Shown piece by piece: positions 37,208 through 47,432 of a DNA stretch of 64,000 nt (position 1 is the first letter of the stretch; the number at the start of each line of letters is the position of its first letter). Under the pieces are notes generated by a model. It worked only from the letters and a program-made list of their open reading frames with translations, ran no database searches and was not told the DNA's origin. The DNA is from Candidatus Thiodiazotropha sp. (GTDB lineage: Bacteria > Pseudomonadota > Gammaproteobacteria > Chromatiales > Chromatiaceae). The stretch covers positions 31,636 to 95,635 of the forward strand of contig JBNKJP010000067.1 in NCBI GenBank assembly GCA_050291245.1, written 5' to 3'. The position numbers and the translations under genes were made by a program.

Positions 37208-38554
37208 GTGAAAGTGGTCAATACCCGTATCGGGCAAGTTTGCAAGATCTCTCTGATTGCCCTAGTCACCCTGTCCCTCGCCGCCTGCGAGATGTTTGGC
37301 CCGACCCAAACCGAGGAGCCCGCCGAGACAATCGCGGAACCGGTCCAGGAGCCAACCCCCCCGCCCCCACCGGACAACCTCTCCCCCACCAAGCGGGTCC
37401 GCAAGGCCCTGCAACTGCTGCAAAACGGCGAATACGAGCAGGCCCGCAACCAGCTCAACTGGGCCCTTCAAGAGAAACCCAACCTACAAATCGCCAGTCA
37501 ATTACTGGAACAGCTGGATGCCGATCCCATTGACTACCTTGGCTTGAAGAATTTCTTCTATGATGTGCAGCCCGGTGACTCGCTCTCGCTGATTGCCAAA
37601 AAATTCCTCAATGATCCGATGAAATTCGTGATCCTTGCACGCTACAACAAGCTCGACAACCCGAGCCGCCTGGCCCCCGGACAACGCATACGGGTACCCG
37701 GTGAAATGCCCCCCCCGCCGCCGAAGCGCAAACCCAAACGCAAGAAACCACCCGTTCCGGTGCAGGTGACTCCGGTACCTGACGAAGTGCCGGTAACGGC
37801 CGAGCAGACCGAACCGTCCGTGGCAGAAGAGCCCGCGATGACGGAATCCCCCGCCGCCGAACCCAGCAATGAACCCGTCGTCGAGGTGGAACCCCATGAA
37901 GACGTCGCATCGCCTGAAACCACCCCAGAGCAGGCGCAGATCATCACGGACGACACACCGAACACCGCCGACACCCTGGAGACCGCCGGTCGACTGCACG
38001 GCACGGGGGATCTGGCAGGCGCCATTGCCCTGCTCGAGAGCGAGGCCTTGCGCAACCCTCAGGCTGACGAGATCAACACCCAGCTGGCCAAATATTACCG
38101 GGAGTACGCCAATCAGTTGATTGCCCGGGAGCAACTGGAACCGGCCCGTTCGGTTCTCGAAAAGCTGATCATTCTCGATGCCTCCGATGAACAAGCCATT
38201 AATACCCTGATCCTGGTCGAGGACCGCATCGAAGCCCGCAAGCTGTTCGTCAAAGCCGACGGACTGCAACAGGCCGGAAACCTTGAAGCCTCCTACCAAA
38301 CCTATTCCCAGGGATTGACCTACGATCCGGACAATGAAGCGGCCAAGACAGCGCAAAAAGCAGTCCTGGATCAGCTCACTGACAGCTATCACCGTCAAGC
38401 CATGCAACATTTCCGCAAACAGGAACTGGATCAGGCTCTGGAGTACTGGAACAAGATTCTGGAACTCGATCCGAACCATTCCCTGGCTCCCGGATATAAA
38501 GCCCGCGCCCTGGAGATGAAACAACAGTTGCAGAAGATCGCACCGGCCCAGTAA
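37208..38554 (+). CDS. LysM- and TPR-containing lipoprotein
   Basis: Lipobox LSLAA-C; LysM motif YDVQPGDSLSLIAKKFLND...LAPGQRIRVP; C-terminal TPRs (ALEYWNKILELDPNH). Confidence 0.8.
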   Translation: MKVVNTRIGQVCKISLIALVTLSLAACEMFGPTQTEEPAETIAEPVQEPTPPPPPDNLSPTKRVRKALQLLQNGEYEQARNQLNWALQEKPNLQIASQLLEQLDADPIDYLGLKNFFYDVQPGDSLSLIAKKFLNDPMKFVILARYNKLDNPSRLAPGQRIRVPGEMPPPPPKRKPKRKKPPVPVQVTPVPDEVPVTAEQTEPSVAEEPAMTESPAAEPSNEPVVEVEPHEDVASPETTPEQAQIITDDTPNTADTLETAGRLHGTGDLAGAIALLESEALRNPQADEINTQLAKYYREYANQLIAREQLEPARSVLEKLIILDASDEQAINTLILVEDRIEARKLFVKADGLQQAGNLEASYQTYSQGLTYDPDNEAAKTAQKAVLDQLTDSYHRQAMQHFRKQELDQALEYWNKILELDPNHSLAPGYKARALEMKQQLQKIAPAQ

Positions 38555-38652
38555 AGGTTATTGCTATTATTAACCCGGCACCTGAACAGGCATATTCAAG
38601 GTATCGGGTTAATAGGTTGCCGGTTTAATAGTGTTCCGTGCTTGGGGCCTGC

Positions 38653-39852
38653 TCATTCTTCCGGCATGGGCTGATTCATCACAGACTGCTCCAATCCTTC
38701 ATAGGTCAGGTTCAATTCCGGAATCGGATTGGGAATGTACGGCAGTTTCCTTTCCACCATTTCCTCGATCACCAAATCCGGTTTTTCAATCCCCAGCTGT
38801 TGTTTGAGGATCTGGAAATCCAATGTCCCCCAAACGTAGGTAATCCGACTGACTTGGCGGGAGAAATAGGGCCTCAGAAAATTGAAAAATGAGTCACGGA
38901 AAATCAGGGTCTTGAGCTGGGCGGTATCGCAGGTCTCTGAGTAGATGTCCGTTTCATCCGCATCCCCGGGACGCTTGACCGGCTTACAGCTCTTCTTGAA
39001 GACTGGACCAGGAGTTAATTCCTTGAAGTTTCGAATGCCAATCATCTCCGCGAGGTCACCGCCGGTATGCCCGGTTCCCGGGGTCATTTGATAGTAGTGA
39101 GGTTTGACCGCATGGGGAAAATAGGACGCGATAGCCTGAAAGATCTCATATTGCGCGATGTTCGCTGCGTAATGGTTCCAGTGGGAGTCCTTCATACCGT
39201 AGAGAAGGTGCTCCTTTTTACTCCCCAGGAGACGCTGTCTGAGATCCACCAGGGTTACATCGGTGTGCCCCCGGATATAATCCACCAATTGATCTGAACT
39301 GGACTGCGGGTTGACCTTCTGAATGTAGTCGGGGAGAAACTCCGGATAGACAGTGTGTTTATTGGGTACCAGTACGAACAGATACTCGATTCCCTGAGCA
39401 TTCAGCCACTGCTTCATCGTGGACATGTAACTTGCGACCTTTTGCAGATCCCCCTCAGAGTAACGACCGACGTTACGGGCATCACCCATGGGATTGCCGT
39501 AGTTGTTGTAACCGGTTCTGATCGAACCAAGAAACAACCAACCCGCTTTTCCAAAGGTTACATCCCGGGAAGGAGAGTCCCCCAGAACGAGCTTGATACG
39601 CCGATAGGTAGAAGAGAGCCAATCCCGACCACCGAAATGGTCTGCATAGTAGTCATCGAACAATCCCGGAAAACGTTTTATCGAACCGCCACGCAGTTTA
39701 AACGGAGGGAAACGGGCCAAGGTGCGCTTTTCCGCTTTCGATACCCGGGCATCTTCCTCGAGAATACTCCCGATCAAGGACGCGAAGATCGTGACCAGAA
39801 ACACCAGACTTATGAGAATGCTGTTGAATTTATAGCGTGTACGGATGTTCAT
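38653..39852 (-). CDS. AlgJ/AlgX-like SGNH polysaccharide O-acetyltransferase (DHHW family)
   Basis: N-terminal TM; EKRTLA; GKAGWLF; PNKHTVYPE; DSHWN; IFRDSF; adjacent to an MBOAT gene. Confidence 0.8.
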   Translation of the reverse strand: MNIRTRYKFNSILISLVFLVTIFASLIGSILEEDARVSKAEKRTLARFPPFKLRGGSIKRFPGLFDDYYADHFGGRDWLSSTYRRIKLVLGDSPSRDVTFGKAGWLFLGSIRTGYNNYGNPMGDARNVGRYSEGDLQKVASYMSTMKQWLNAQGIEYLFVLVPNKHTVYPEFLPDYIQKVNPQSSSDQLVDYIRGHTDVTLVDLRQRLLGSKKEHLLYGMKDSHWNHYAANIAQYEIFQAIASYFPHAVKPHYYQMTPGTGHTGGDLAEMIGIRNFKELTPGPVFKKSCKPVKRPGDADETDIYSETCDTAQLKTLIFRDSFFNFLRPYFSRQVSRITYVWGTLDFQILKQQLGIEKPDLVIEEMVERKLPYIPNPIPELNLTYEGLEQSVMNQPMPEE

Positions 39853-41294
39853 CAGAAGCGAAAATAGATAAACGGGTTATAGGTTGAGGAAGCCACCTTA
39901 ACCAGGCTCAGTAAAAACAGTGAACAGAGCAAAACCAATCTGGGCAGATCGATAAACAGGGCGGTTCCAACAACCGCATGCCGTGTTCTCTTTTCGAGCC
40001 AATTTTTCAACCCCGGATAGACCGGCATTGCCAACAGAATGGCAATCGGCAACACCAGCAGGGATTCATGTGTCACTACCTGCAAAAACTGGAACTCGCT
40101 TGTGGCAAAATTCCGCAGGTTGAACATAGCGTATAAATAATCGAGCGCCTGGGTAAGATTGTCGGCACGAAAGAAAACCCAGCTGAGCATCACAACACTC
40201 AATAGATAGAGATGTTGAAGCGGCTTCCACATCCTTTGCAACTGATTTGAAAACCCCGCATGTTCACTGGCGAGAAACACCCCATGGAAGAGTCCCCAGA
40301 CCAGAAAATTCCAACTGGCACCATGCCAGAATCCGGTCAGCATGAAGACCAGAAAAAGATTGGCATAGACCCTGAGCGTTGAAACCCGGCTCCCACCCAG
40401 GGGGATATAGACATAATCCCGAAACCAGCTGGACAGGGAGATATGCCAACGTTTCCAGAACATTCGCAGGGAGGTCGCAATATAGGGATAGTTGAAGTTT
40501 TCGTGAAACCGGAAACCGAACATGCGGCCCAGCCCGATGGCCATATCGGAATAACCTGAAAAGTCGAAGTAGATCTGCAGGGTGTAGGCCAGGATTCCCA
40601 ACCAGGCCAGGGGCAGGGTCAGATCATCCCCGGTTGTGATAAACACCAAATCAGCGATCTCCGCGAGTGGATTGGCAATCAACACCTTTTTCGCCAGTCC
40701 GTAAATAAAGCGCATGGTGCCGCTGGCGAAAAGCTCAATCGAGTGCTGCCGGTCGGTGATCTGTGCAGAAACGTCATGATAGCGCACGATTGGCCCGGCG
40801 ATCAGTTGCGGAAACAATGCAATATACAACCCCAGATCAAGCCACCGCTTCTGTGCGGGAACCTCCCCCCGATACACATCGACCAGGTATGAAATGGCCT
40901 GAAATGTAAAAAACGAGATACCCAACGGCAGGTGAATCGATGGAATGCGGATGGACGGAAGGTGAATGAAATGCATCGCGATATTGAGGTTATCTACGAT
41001 AAAGTTGGCATATTTGAAAGAGATCATCAGCAACAGATTGAGTGCAACACCCAATGCCAGATAACCGTCACGTTTTCTCTTTAGGCCGTGATGCCGGTCG
41101 ATTTTCCGGCCGACCAGAAAGTTGACGCTGATCGACAACAGCATCACGAATACATAGAAGACCTCTCCCCAGGCATAAAAGACCAGACTGGCGATCAGCA
41201 ACCAGCGATTCTTATACCGGCCGGGCGATAGATAGTAGAGGAACAGAACAACGGGTAGGAATCCAAACAGGAAAACAGGCGTACTAAAAACCAT
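39852..41294 (-). CDS. MBOAT family O-acyltransferase (AlgI/PatA-like)
   Basis: LPLGISFFTFQAISY; FPQLIAGPIVR; DFSGYSDMAIG; FWKRWHISLS; GFWHGA; FIYFRF. Confidence 0.93.
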   Translation of the reverse strand: MVFSTPVFLFGFLPVVLFLYYLSPGRYKNRWLLIASLVFYAWGEVFYVFVMLLSISVNFLVGRKIDRHHGLKRKRDGYLALGVALNLLLMISFKYANFIVDNLNIAMHFIHLPSIRIPSIHLPLGISFFTFQAISYLVDVYRGEVPAQKRWLDLGLYIALFPQLIAGPIVRYHDVSAQITDRQHSIELFASGTMRFIYGLAKKVLIANPLAEIADLVFITTGDDLTLPLAWLGILAYTLQIYFDFSGYSDMAIGLGRMFGFRFHENFNYPYIATSLRMFWKRWHISLSSWFRDYVYIPLGGSRVSTLRVYANLFLVFMLTGFWHGASWNFLVWGLFHGVFLASEHAGFSNQLQRMWKPLQHLYLLSVVMLSWVFFRADNLTQALDYLYAMFNLRNFATSEFQFLQVVTHESLLVLPIAILLAMPVYPGLKNWLEKRTRHAVVGTALFIDLPRLVLLCSLFLLSLVKVASSTYNPFIYFRF

Positions 41295-41706
41295 GAAAAG
41301 CCCTGATGCCCGGGGTGCATTTACCCAATTCCTTGATCACGAATAGGCCCTCTACTTTAATGCCCCGACTATGCCTGAAATGGCATTTAATTGAGTACCA
41401 AGGCGTATGAGCTGTCGGCTTGCGCTGCCGGACAGAGTGCAATGTGGACGGATTTTCGATCAGTCGAGCTGCAACTTCAAGCATTACCCCAGGGAAAAAA
41501 CCGGCCATACCGGTATACCCCTGCCGAAGGCAAGAAGAATACGAATCCGGTTCCTAAAATTATCGAAATTACCGCCAATTCTCGCAAAAGAAACAAGACT
41601 TTATTTCATATTCATAATGATTGTGTAGAATGATCGTGCACTGCAGATCCAGTGCATTTCCGCGTAACGGATTGCGCAACGCATATGGCTCATCGAATCA
41701 TCGGAT

Positions 41707-42450
41707 TTGTGCCCAATGCTTGAGACGCTTTCAACAAATGCTCTGATTATGGCAGGCGGAATCATTGGATCCGCATACATCATCAGGGGTATCGCCGGTT
41801 TCGGTTCAGGTCTGATCGCGATACCCCTGCTCGCCCTGATCATGCCCTTGAGCACCGCGGTGCCGCTGATCGTGCTGCTGGATTATATTGCCTCGGCCAG
41901 TCAGGGCCTGTCTAATCGAAAGGCCATCCAATGGAAGGATCTTCTGCCCCTTCTCCCCTTCTCCCTGCTGGGAGTGTGTCTGGCACTGTTCCTGTTTCAA
42001 TCGTTGGAGATGCAGCTGCTGATACACGGACTTGGCATTTTTCTGTTGCTGTTCGCGATCTACTCTCTGCTCGCGTTTACCCCAAAATTCCGACCCTCTG
42101 TCCTGTGGGCCATCCCCGGCGGTATACTGGGCGGGATGATCGGCACCCTGTTCGGCACTGGCGGTCCCTTTTATGTGATCTACCTGAAACTGCTTGGGCT
42201 GCAGAAAAACTCATTTCGGGCAACTTTCGCAACGATCTTCCTGATCGATGGATTCGGGCGCATTTCAGGATACCTGATAACGGGTTATATCGATCTCAAT
42301 CAGACGCTGTTAACGGCCTTAGCCCTTCCTGTGATGGCGATCGGTATGTATCTCGGAGGACAGATCCACACCACTCTCTCACAACAGGTGTTTCAGCGTG
42401 GAATCAGCATTCTGTTGATCTTCAGCAGTCTGTCACTGTTATGTAAATAA
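41707..42450 (+). CDS. Sulfite exporter TauE/SafE family membrane protein
   Basis: GIAGFGSGLIA and GTLFGTGGP motifs; about 8 TM helices. Confidence 0.85.
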   Translation: MCPMLETLSTNALIMAGGIIGSAYIIRGIAGFGSGLIAIPLLALIMPLSTAVPLIVLLDYIASASQGLSNRKAIQWKDLLPLLPFSLLGVCLALFLFQSLEMQLLIHGLGIFLLLFAIYSLLAFTPKFRPSVLWAIPGGILGGMIGTLFGTGGPFYVIYLKLLGLQKNSFRATFATIFLIDGFGRISGYLITGYIDLNQTLLTALALPVMAIGMYLGGQIHTTLSQQVFQRGISILLIFSSLSLLCK

Positions 42451-42467
42451 TCCCCATCTAAGACCGA

Positions 42468-43235
42468 TCATTGGAACGTATTAACCAATGAGCCAATCCC
42501 ACCAATGTATACCTCAACGGTGCACCCGGGATTCATGGGTCCCGCGCCCAGGGAGGTTCCGCAGGCAATCACATCCCCGGTATACAGGGTCATATCATGA
42601 GACAGGCGGCTGACGATCTGATGGGGGAGAAAAAACATGTCATCTACAGGATAGTTCTGCATTTCCACCCCGTCGACCAGGGTCTGTACCACCAGTGACG
42701 AGGCATTCAAGCCGGTGGCGACGACCGGTCCTATCGCGCCAAAGGTGTCAAAACTCTTGGCTCGGGTCCATTGCACAAAGGCCGGATCCTCACGCATCAG
42801 CCCTCGTGCCGTGACATCATTGACGCAAGTGTAGCCAAAGATATGGCGTTCGGCCTGATCCTCCGACACCTGACAACACTCCCTGCCGATGACGATCCCG
42901 AGTTCGCCTTCAAAGACTACCGGGCCGGAATAGGAACTCGGCTGCTGTATCTGGCCGCCGCTGGGTAAAAACGAACCATTGGCCTTCATGAAATAGAGTG
43001 GATGAGTCGGCTTTGTCCAACCTTCGAGCTCCGCCCGGCTGTGAAAGTTGTTCCACAGACCGATCAATTTTCCCGGTTTTGTGGGTATCAGGATCCTCAC
43101 ATCTGTCAGCGGTAGTAAGTCACCGGTCGGTATCGGGTCCTCAAACATATCACCCTCATAGATCGCGACATGATCGTTTCTCACCACCCCGAACTTTTCG
43201 CATCCTAAATATTCGAACCGGACCCAATGTGACAT
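42468..43235 (-). CDS. Fumarylacetoacetate hydrolase family protein
   Basis: FEGELGIVIG; GYTCVNDVTAR; RAKSFDTF; GDVIACGT. Confidence 0.9.
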   Translation of the reverse strand: MSHWVRFEYLGCEKFGVVRNDHVAIYEGDMFEDPIPTGDLLPLTDVRILIPTKPGKLIGLWNNFHSRAELEGWTKPTHPLYFMKANGSFLPSGGQIQQPSSYSGPVVFEGELGIVIGRECCQVSEDQAERHIFGYTCVNDVTARGLMREDPAFVQWTRAKSFDTFGAIGPVVATGLNASSLVVQTLVDGVEMQNYPVDDMFFLPHQIVSRLSHDMTLYTGDVIACGTSLGAGPMNPGCTVEVYIGGIGSLVNTFQ

Positions 43236-43246
43236 TGAGCTTCTCC

Positions 43247-44263
43247 CTAGGGATTCACAGAATTCTGGATGCGCAGTTGAATTTTTTTATCCAGAGGATT
43301 GAACTTCAACGCCGCCTGCCATAAGGCCACTGCGTCGTCGCGATTCTCACGCGCACGCTGAACCCCCTCAAGATAGAGGGTTTTCGCATAGGTTTTGCGT
43401 TGTTTGCTGAGCTTGGACAGTGCTTTCTTATCCCCCTTTACACTGTTTTCAGCCTGTTGCAACTCGTTCAGCGTCTGGACATAGTCCTGTCGACCAAAGG
43501 CCTGTTGCGCCTTTGACAGACGCAGATTAAACAGCATAGTCCGCAACTCGTTATCCTGCGGGTACTTTGTGACATGGGCTTCCAACTCTTTGATGAAGTC
43601 AGAGGCCTTGCGAGCACGATCATCGGCCTGAAGTATCGACTGGCGCGAATAGGCATAACCCTCATCACGTAATTCCTGTTCCTCATGGGCTTTGCGGCTT
43701 TTACGTGGGCGATCGGGGTATTTCACTTGCAACCGCTGTCGTGCCTGGCGCTCATCCATGCCCCTCAAGGCTTCGAGCGCCTGATGGTTCGCCGGATCCA
43801 GGCCGAGAAGATCGAGATAAAGATTTTGTGCTTTTTGGAGATGCCCTTTTTGCATCGCCTTTTTCGCTGACGCCGCCAATCGGTGGGTTTTTTTCCGGAT
43901 CGCCCGGTCGAGCCGCTCGATATGCCGGGTAATTTCACGATCATTTTCCGATAAGGTGTGAGCGACACGGTACCCATATCGTGCCCGCTGTAAATCCCCG
44001 GCCTGCTCATTGTGTTCCGCCAAAGCGATCCAGTAGCCGGTAGTGGCCGTATCTCCGGAGACAGCACGATGCGACATATCGGAGGCACATCCCGCAATCA
44101 TGACAAGACTGATCAAATAGCTGCCCTTCAGCAGCCTGCGAGCGAACCCCCTTTGAACCTGACGTAAAGTGGTTGCGATTGAGCAGCCGGATACGTAACT
44201 GTCGGAGATGGTAAACAGTCGTATCGATACGTCGAAGCGGGTAAGGTTCGTAATTACTTTCAC
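43247..44263 (-). CDS. TPR-containing lipoprotein (true start probably downstream of the track start)
   Basis: Lipobox LVMIAG-C preceded by a basic/hydrophobic signal; TPR motifs LLGLDPANHQA and ALKFNPLD. Confidence 0.65.
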   Translation of the reverse strand: MKVITNLTRFDVSIRLFTISDSYVSGCSIATTLRQVQRGFARRLLKGSYLISLVMIAGCASDMSHRAVSGDTATTGYWIALAEHNEQAGDLQRARYGYRVAHTLSENDREITRHIERLDRAIRKKTHRLAASAKKAMQKGHLQKAQNLYLDLLGLDPANHQALEALRGMDERQARQRLQVKYPDRPRKSRKAHEEQELRDEGYAYSRQSILQADDRARKASDFIKELEAHVTKYPQDNELRTMLFNLRLSKAQQAFGRQDYVQTLNELQQAENSVKGDKKALSKLSKQRKTYAKTLYLEGVQRARENRDDAVALWQAALKFNPLDKKIQLRIQNSVNP

Positions 44264-44313
44264 GGCCTGACTATGATTCTTTTCCGTTCTGGGTGGCGGC
44301 AGACAAACCCGGT

Positions 44314-45309
44314 TTATTTGTCCCGACGCGCCTGATAGGTTTCAAGTCGGCGAACAAAGGCATCCAGGTCCCTATCTCCATAGATCATGCTGCGATGCAG
44401 CGTGTAGGGATAGGTAAAGGCGGCATTGGATTCCGATTCGACGGTCAGTCCCATTACGACACCACGTTGCTTGAGAATATCAATAACCTTGTCATTGGTG
44501 GCGCCAAAAGGATAGGCATAGTAATGAGGGGTGGCTCCGAGTTTCTGACTGATCGTCTCAATCGGCGCCTCGACCTCATGGTCAACTCTGTGAAGATATT
44601 GCCGCCTGGATTCGTCCGAGTTTCGCCGGGTCAGGTTCGCATGGCTCTTCGAATGGGGCTGTACGCTGATCAAACCGCTTCGTTTCATGGTGCGGAGTTC
44701 CCGGGTCGTCAGTCCACCTCGATTCATGTAGTCCGTATAGAGGAAAATGGTCGCGGGAAACTGGAACTCCTTGAGGATGGGGAATGCCACCTTATAGATA
44801 GAACGGTGACCGTCATCGATGGTCAACACGAGCGACCGTTTGGGGATGGCCTTTTCCCCTCTGAGAAAGCCCAACAGATCATCCAATGGAATCACCCGAT
44901 AGCCGTTGGATACAAGATACTGCATCTGTTCTCGAAACTGGCTGGCGGAGACCTCGAGCTTGCCACCGCGACCGCCAAATCGATGGTAGCAGAGTATTGG
45001 TACAGTTTGATATCCGGCGGGATCGATTCCGGTAGGATTGAAGTCTTTCAGAGGTATTACCACATGCCCGCCAGGCACCAGGTCCTGCTCACGGTTCGCA
45101 TCCTCGATCACCCAGTATTTCGCCTCACTGCCGAGATAGCGTTGCGCCAGTTTTTTGGTGGATTCCCGACCCATTTGCACGATTACAAAGGTGTCATCAC
45201 GGGCGATGACACGGCTTTGCCGGTCGAAGGGGCCAGTTGCACATCCCGCCAGCATCAAGACCCATGACAGGAGCAGCAGAGTGATCGATGGTTTCATCAT
45301 GGCAGGCAT
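44314..45309 (-). CDS. Polysaccharide deacetylase (NodB/CE4) lipoprotein with degenerate LysM-like N-domain
   Basis: Lipobox LMLAG-C; KKLAQRYLG...LVPGGHVVIP; PILCYHRF; LTIDDG; HSKSH; YAYPFG. Confidence 0.85.
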   Translation of the reverse strand: MPAMMKPSITLLLLSWVLMLAGCATGPFDRQSRVIARDDTFVIVQMGRESTKKLAQRYLGSEAKYWVIEDANREQDLVPGGHVVIPLKDFNPTGIDPAGYQTVPILCYHRFGGRGGKLEVSASQFREQMQYLVSNGYRVIPLDDLLGFLRGEKAIPKRSLVLTIDDGHRSIYKVAFPILKEFQFPATIFLYTDYMNRGGLTTRELRTMKRSGLISVQPHSKSHANLTRRNSDESRRQYLHRVDHEVEAPIETISQKLGATPHYYAYPFGATNDKVIDILKQRGVVMGLTVESESNAAFTYPYTLHRSMIYGDRDLDAFVRRLETYQARRDK

Positions 45310-45348
45310 ATCATGGGGGCGGTGTGGATTTAACGACTCGCGGCGTCA

Positions 45349-47181
45349 TCAACGCTTGATGATGCGGGTCGCATCGTCGATATTCTCCTCCTCATCCTGA
45401 AAACCGCTCCTGAAGGACTCCCTGTCAGGCTGAGATTGTTCAGACACCGGTGCGACCCGGGTCTCGTCGCCATCCTCCCGCGACGGCTCTGGAATCGGGG
45501 GCAGGGAAGCATCGGGTATGGGGCGCGGCGTGATCGATAATGACTGTTCCACCTTCTGCAGGCCATCCGCCATTCGGTTGTATTCGGTGAACAGGAGACC
45601 CAACTCATCGTTGCGCTCCTCACGTATTCGATAGCCATAGTTCCCATGATGCACATGGATGATCGCCTTGCGCAGGATTCTCATCGGTAGTGTAATGCCG
45701 GTTGCCAGCAGATAGGCAACGATGACGACTGTCATCACCACCGCCAGCAGCAAGGCCAGCATGGTATAGAAGGTCAGGTCCGCAGCCGCGATCAACGGTG
45801 TCTGGGACATACCCAGTTGGACACCACCGATTATCTTGTTCTGGAAGAGTATGGGAGCCTGAAAGTCGAAAACCCGTTCCCCATTCCATTCTCCTTCGGA
45901 AATCTGCACACCCTCACCACCTCTGAGTATCTGCATCGAGTCCTGCGGCTGGCGAACCTTCGAAACCTCGTTTTCCAGGGTGCTGGCCCGGACAATCTGC
46001 TTGAAATCGAAGATCCTCAGGTAGCTGATCTGCTGGCGTTCCTTGATCTCCTGAACAAAGGTTTCGACCGCAACCCAGTCCTGAATCAGGATCGCCTCAG
46101 CGCTTTCGATTGCCATGAACTCGGCCAGCGAGCCACCGGAATCGAGGGTCAATTCCGTCATGGTGTCGACCTGCTTCTGATACACGAGATAGGAACCAAG
46201 GATCATCGCCAGTGAAACCACGGAAGCCATAATGGCTGTCCATTTGATACGCAACGGAAGGATCTTCGTCTCGTTGCTGTGTTGTCGTTTTTCATCGATC
46301 TCCCGTACCACTCGTCGCAGGGCGATGGCCAGTTCCTTACCGGTTTGAAAGCGCTGATCGGGTTTTTTGCTGAGCAACTTCTCGACAATATGCTTCAGGC
46401 TCTGAGGAACATCCTTGTTTTTCGCATCGATGGGGGGCGGATCTTCCTGCACGATCTTCATCAGCAGGGAGGTGAAGGTCTCCGATACGAACGGCCGCTC
46501 ACCGGTGATCAGTTGATAGAGAATCACGCCGAGGGAAAACAGATCGGAACGTCCATCCGCAGGCAATCCTTCCACCTGCTCTGGCGACATATATTGGGGG
46601 GTCCCCAGTACAGCGCCCAACATGGTGTGATGTTCTTTGTTGGGTGCTTCCATCCGAGCGATGCCGAAATCGGTGATGCGTATCGTGTGTTCGTCTCCGG
46701 GGGAGATGATGTTGCCGGGTTTGACATCACGGTGAACGATGCCATGGGCATGGGAATAGTCCAGCGCTTCCGCCAATTGAATACCATAGATCACCACCTC
46801 TCGGAGCGAGACCTCGGTTTTATCCACCATCATCTGCTCAAGGGTGCGCCCCTCAAGAAACTCCATGGCGATATAGGGCCCTTGTTCAACCTCACCGACG
46901 TCGAAAATGGTGACGATGTTGGGGTGTGTGAGTTTACCCGCGGCCTTGGCCTCTTGCAGAAACCGGTAGCGGTACTCCGAATCCGCGGCAAGCTCTCCCC
47001 TGAGTATTTTGATGGCCAGGATACGGTTTATCTCGGGATCGAAAGCCTTATAGACAATCGACATGGCACCTTCACCTACCTCCTCAAGGAGTTGGAACCT
47101 GCCAATCGACTCCGGCATCGGTTTCTGACTGTTCAAATTAACCTCTCCCGCCACTGCGCAAAACAACGTGGGCACTTCCAC
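45349..47181 (-). CDS. Hanks-type Ser/Thr protein kinase with TM, periplasmic domain, TM and HAMP (candidate PpkA substitute)
   Basis: GEGAMSIVY; HRDVKPGN; TDFGIAR; GTPQYMSPE; two TMs; HAMP motif PMRILRKAI...RNDELGLLFTEYNRMA. The start could be at 47136 or 47118. Confidence 0.9.
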   Translation of the reverse strand: MEVPTLFCAVAGEVNLNSQKPMPESIGRFQLLEEVGEGAMSIVYKAFDPEINRILAIKILRGELAADSEYRYRFLQEAKAAGKLTHPNIVTIFDVGEVEQGPYIAMEFLEGRTLEQMMVDKTEVSLREVVIYGIQLAEALDYSHAHGIVHRDVKPGNIISPGDEHTIRITDFGIARMEAPNKEHHTMLGAVLGTPQYMSPEQVEGLPADGRSDLFSLGVILYQLITGERPFVSETFTSLLMKIVQEDPPPIDAKNKDVPQSLKHIVEKLLSKKPDQRFQTGKELAIALRRVVREIDEKRQHSNETKILPLRIKWTAIMASVVSLAMILGSYLVYQKQVDTMTELTLDSGGSLAEFMAIESAEAILIQDWVAVETFVQEIKERQQISYLRIFDFKQIVRASTLENEVSKVRQPQDSMQILRGGEGVQISEGEWNGERVFDFQAPILFQNKIIGGVQLGMSQTPLIAAADLTFYTMLALLLAVVMTVVIVAYLLATGITLPMRILRKAIIHVHHGNYGYRIREERNDELGLLFTEYNRMADGLQKVEQSLSITPRPIPDASLPPIPEPSREDGDETRVAPVSEQSQPDRESFRSGFQDEEENIDDATRIIKR

Positions 47182-47432
47182 AGGTCATTGTTGTGATCCT
47201 TGGGTCTGATCAGAAAGATCGTATCACGCCAACCGTGCAGCATCAGACTACTCCATACACTGCATGCCGTTCGCATCCCATGACAGGACCCCGTCGTAAT
47301 CACCCTGCGTCCCTACACCACACTATTGTAGCAAACCCGAAGATAAAAACTTATTGACGTCAACCCATTATATCGATTAGTTTTTATTGTACTCCGGGTT
47401 TCTTTTGGCGAGTTCACACAAGCGATACGGAC

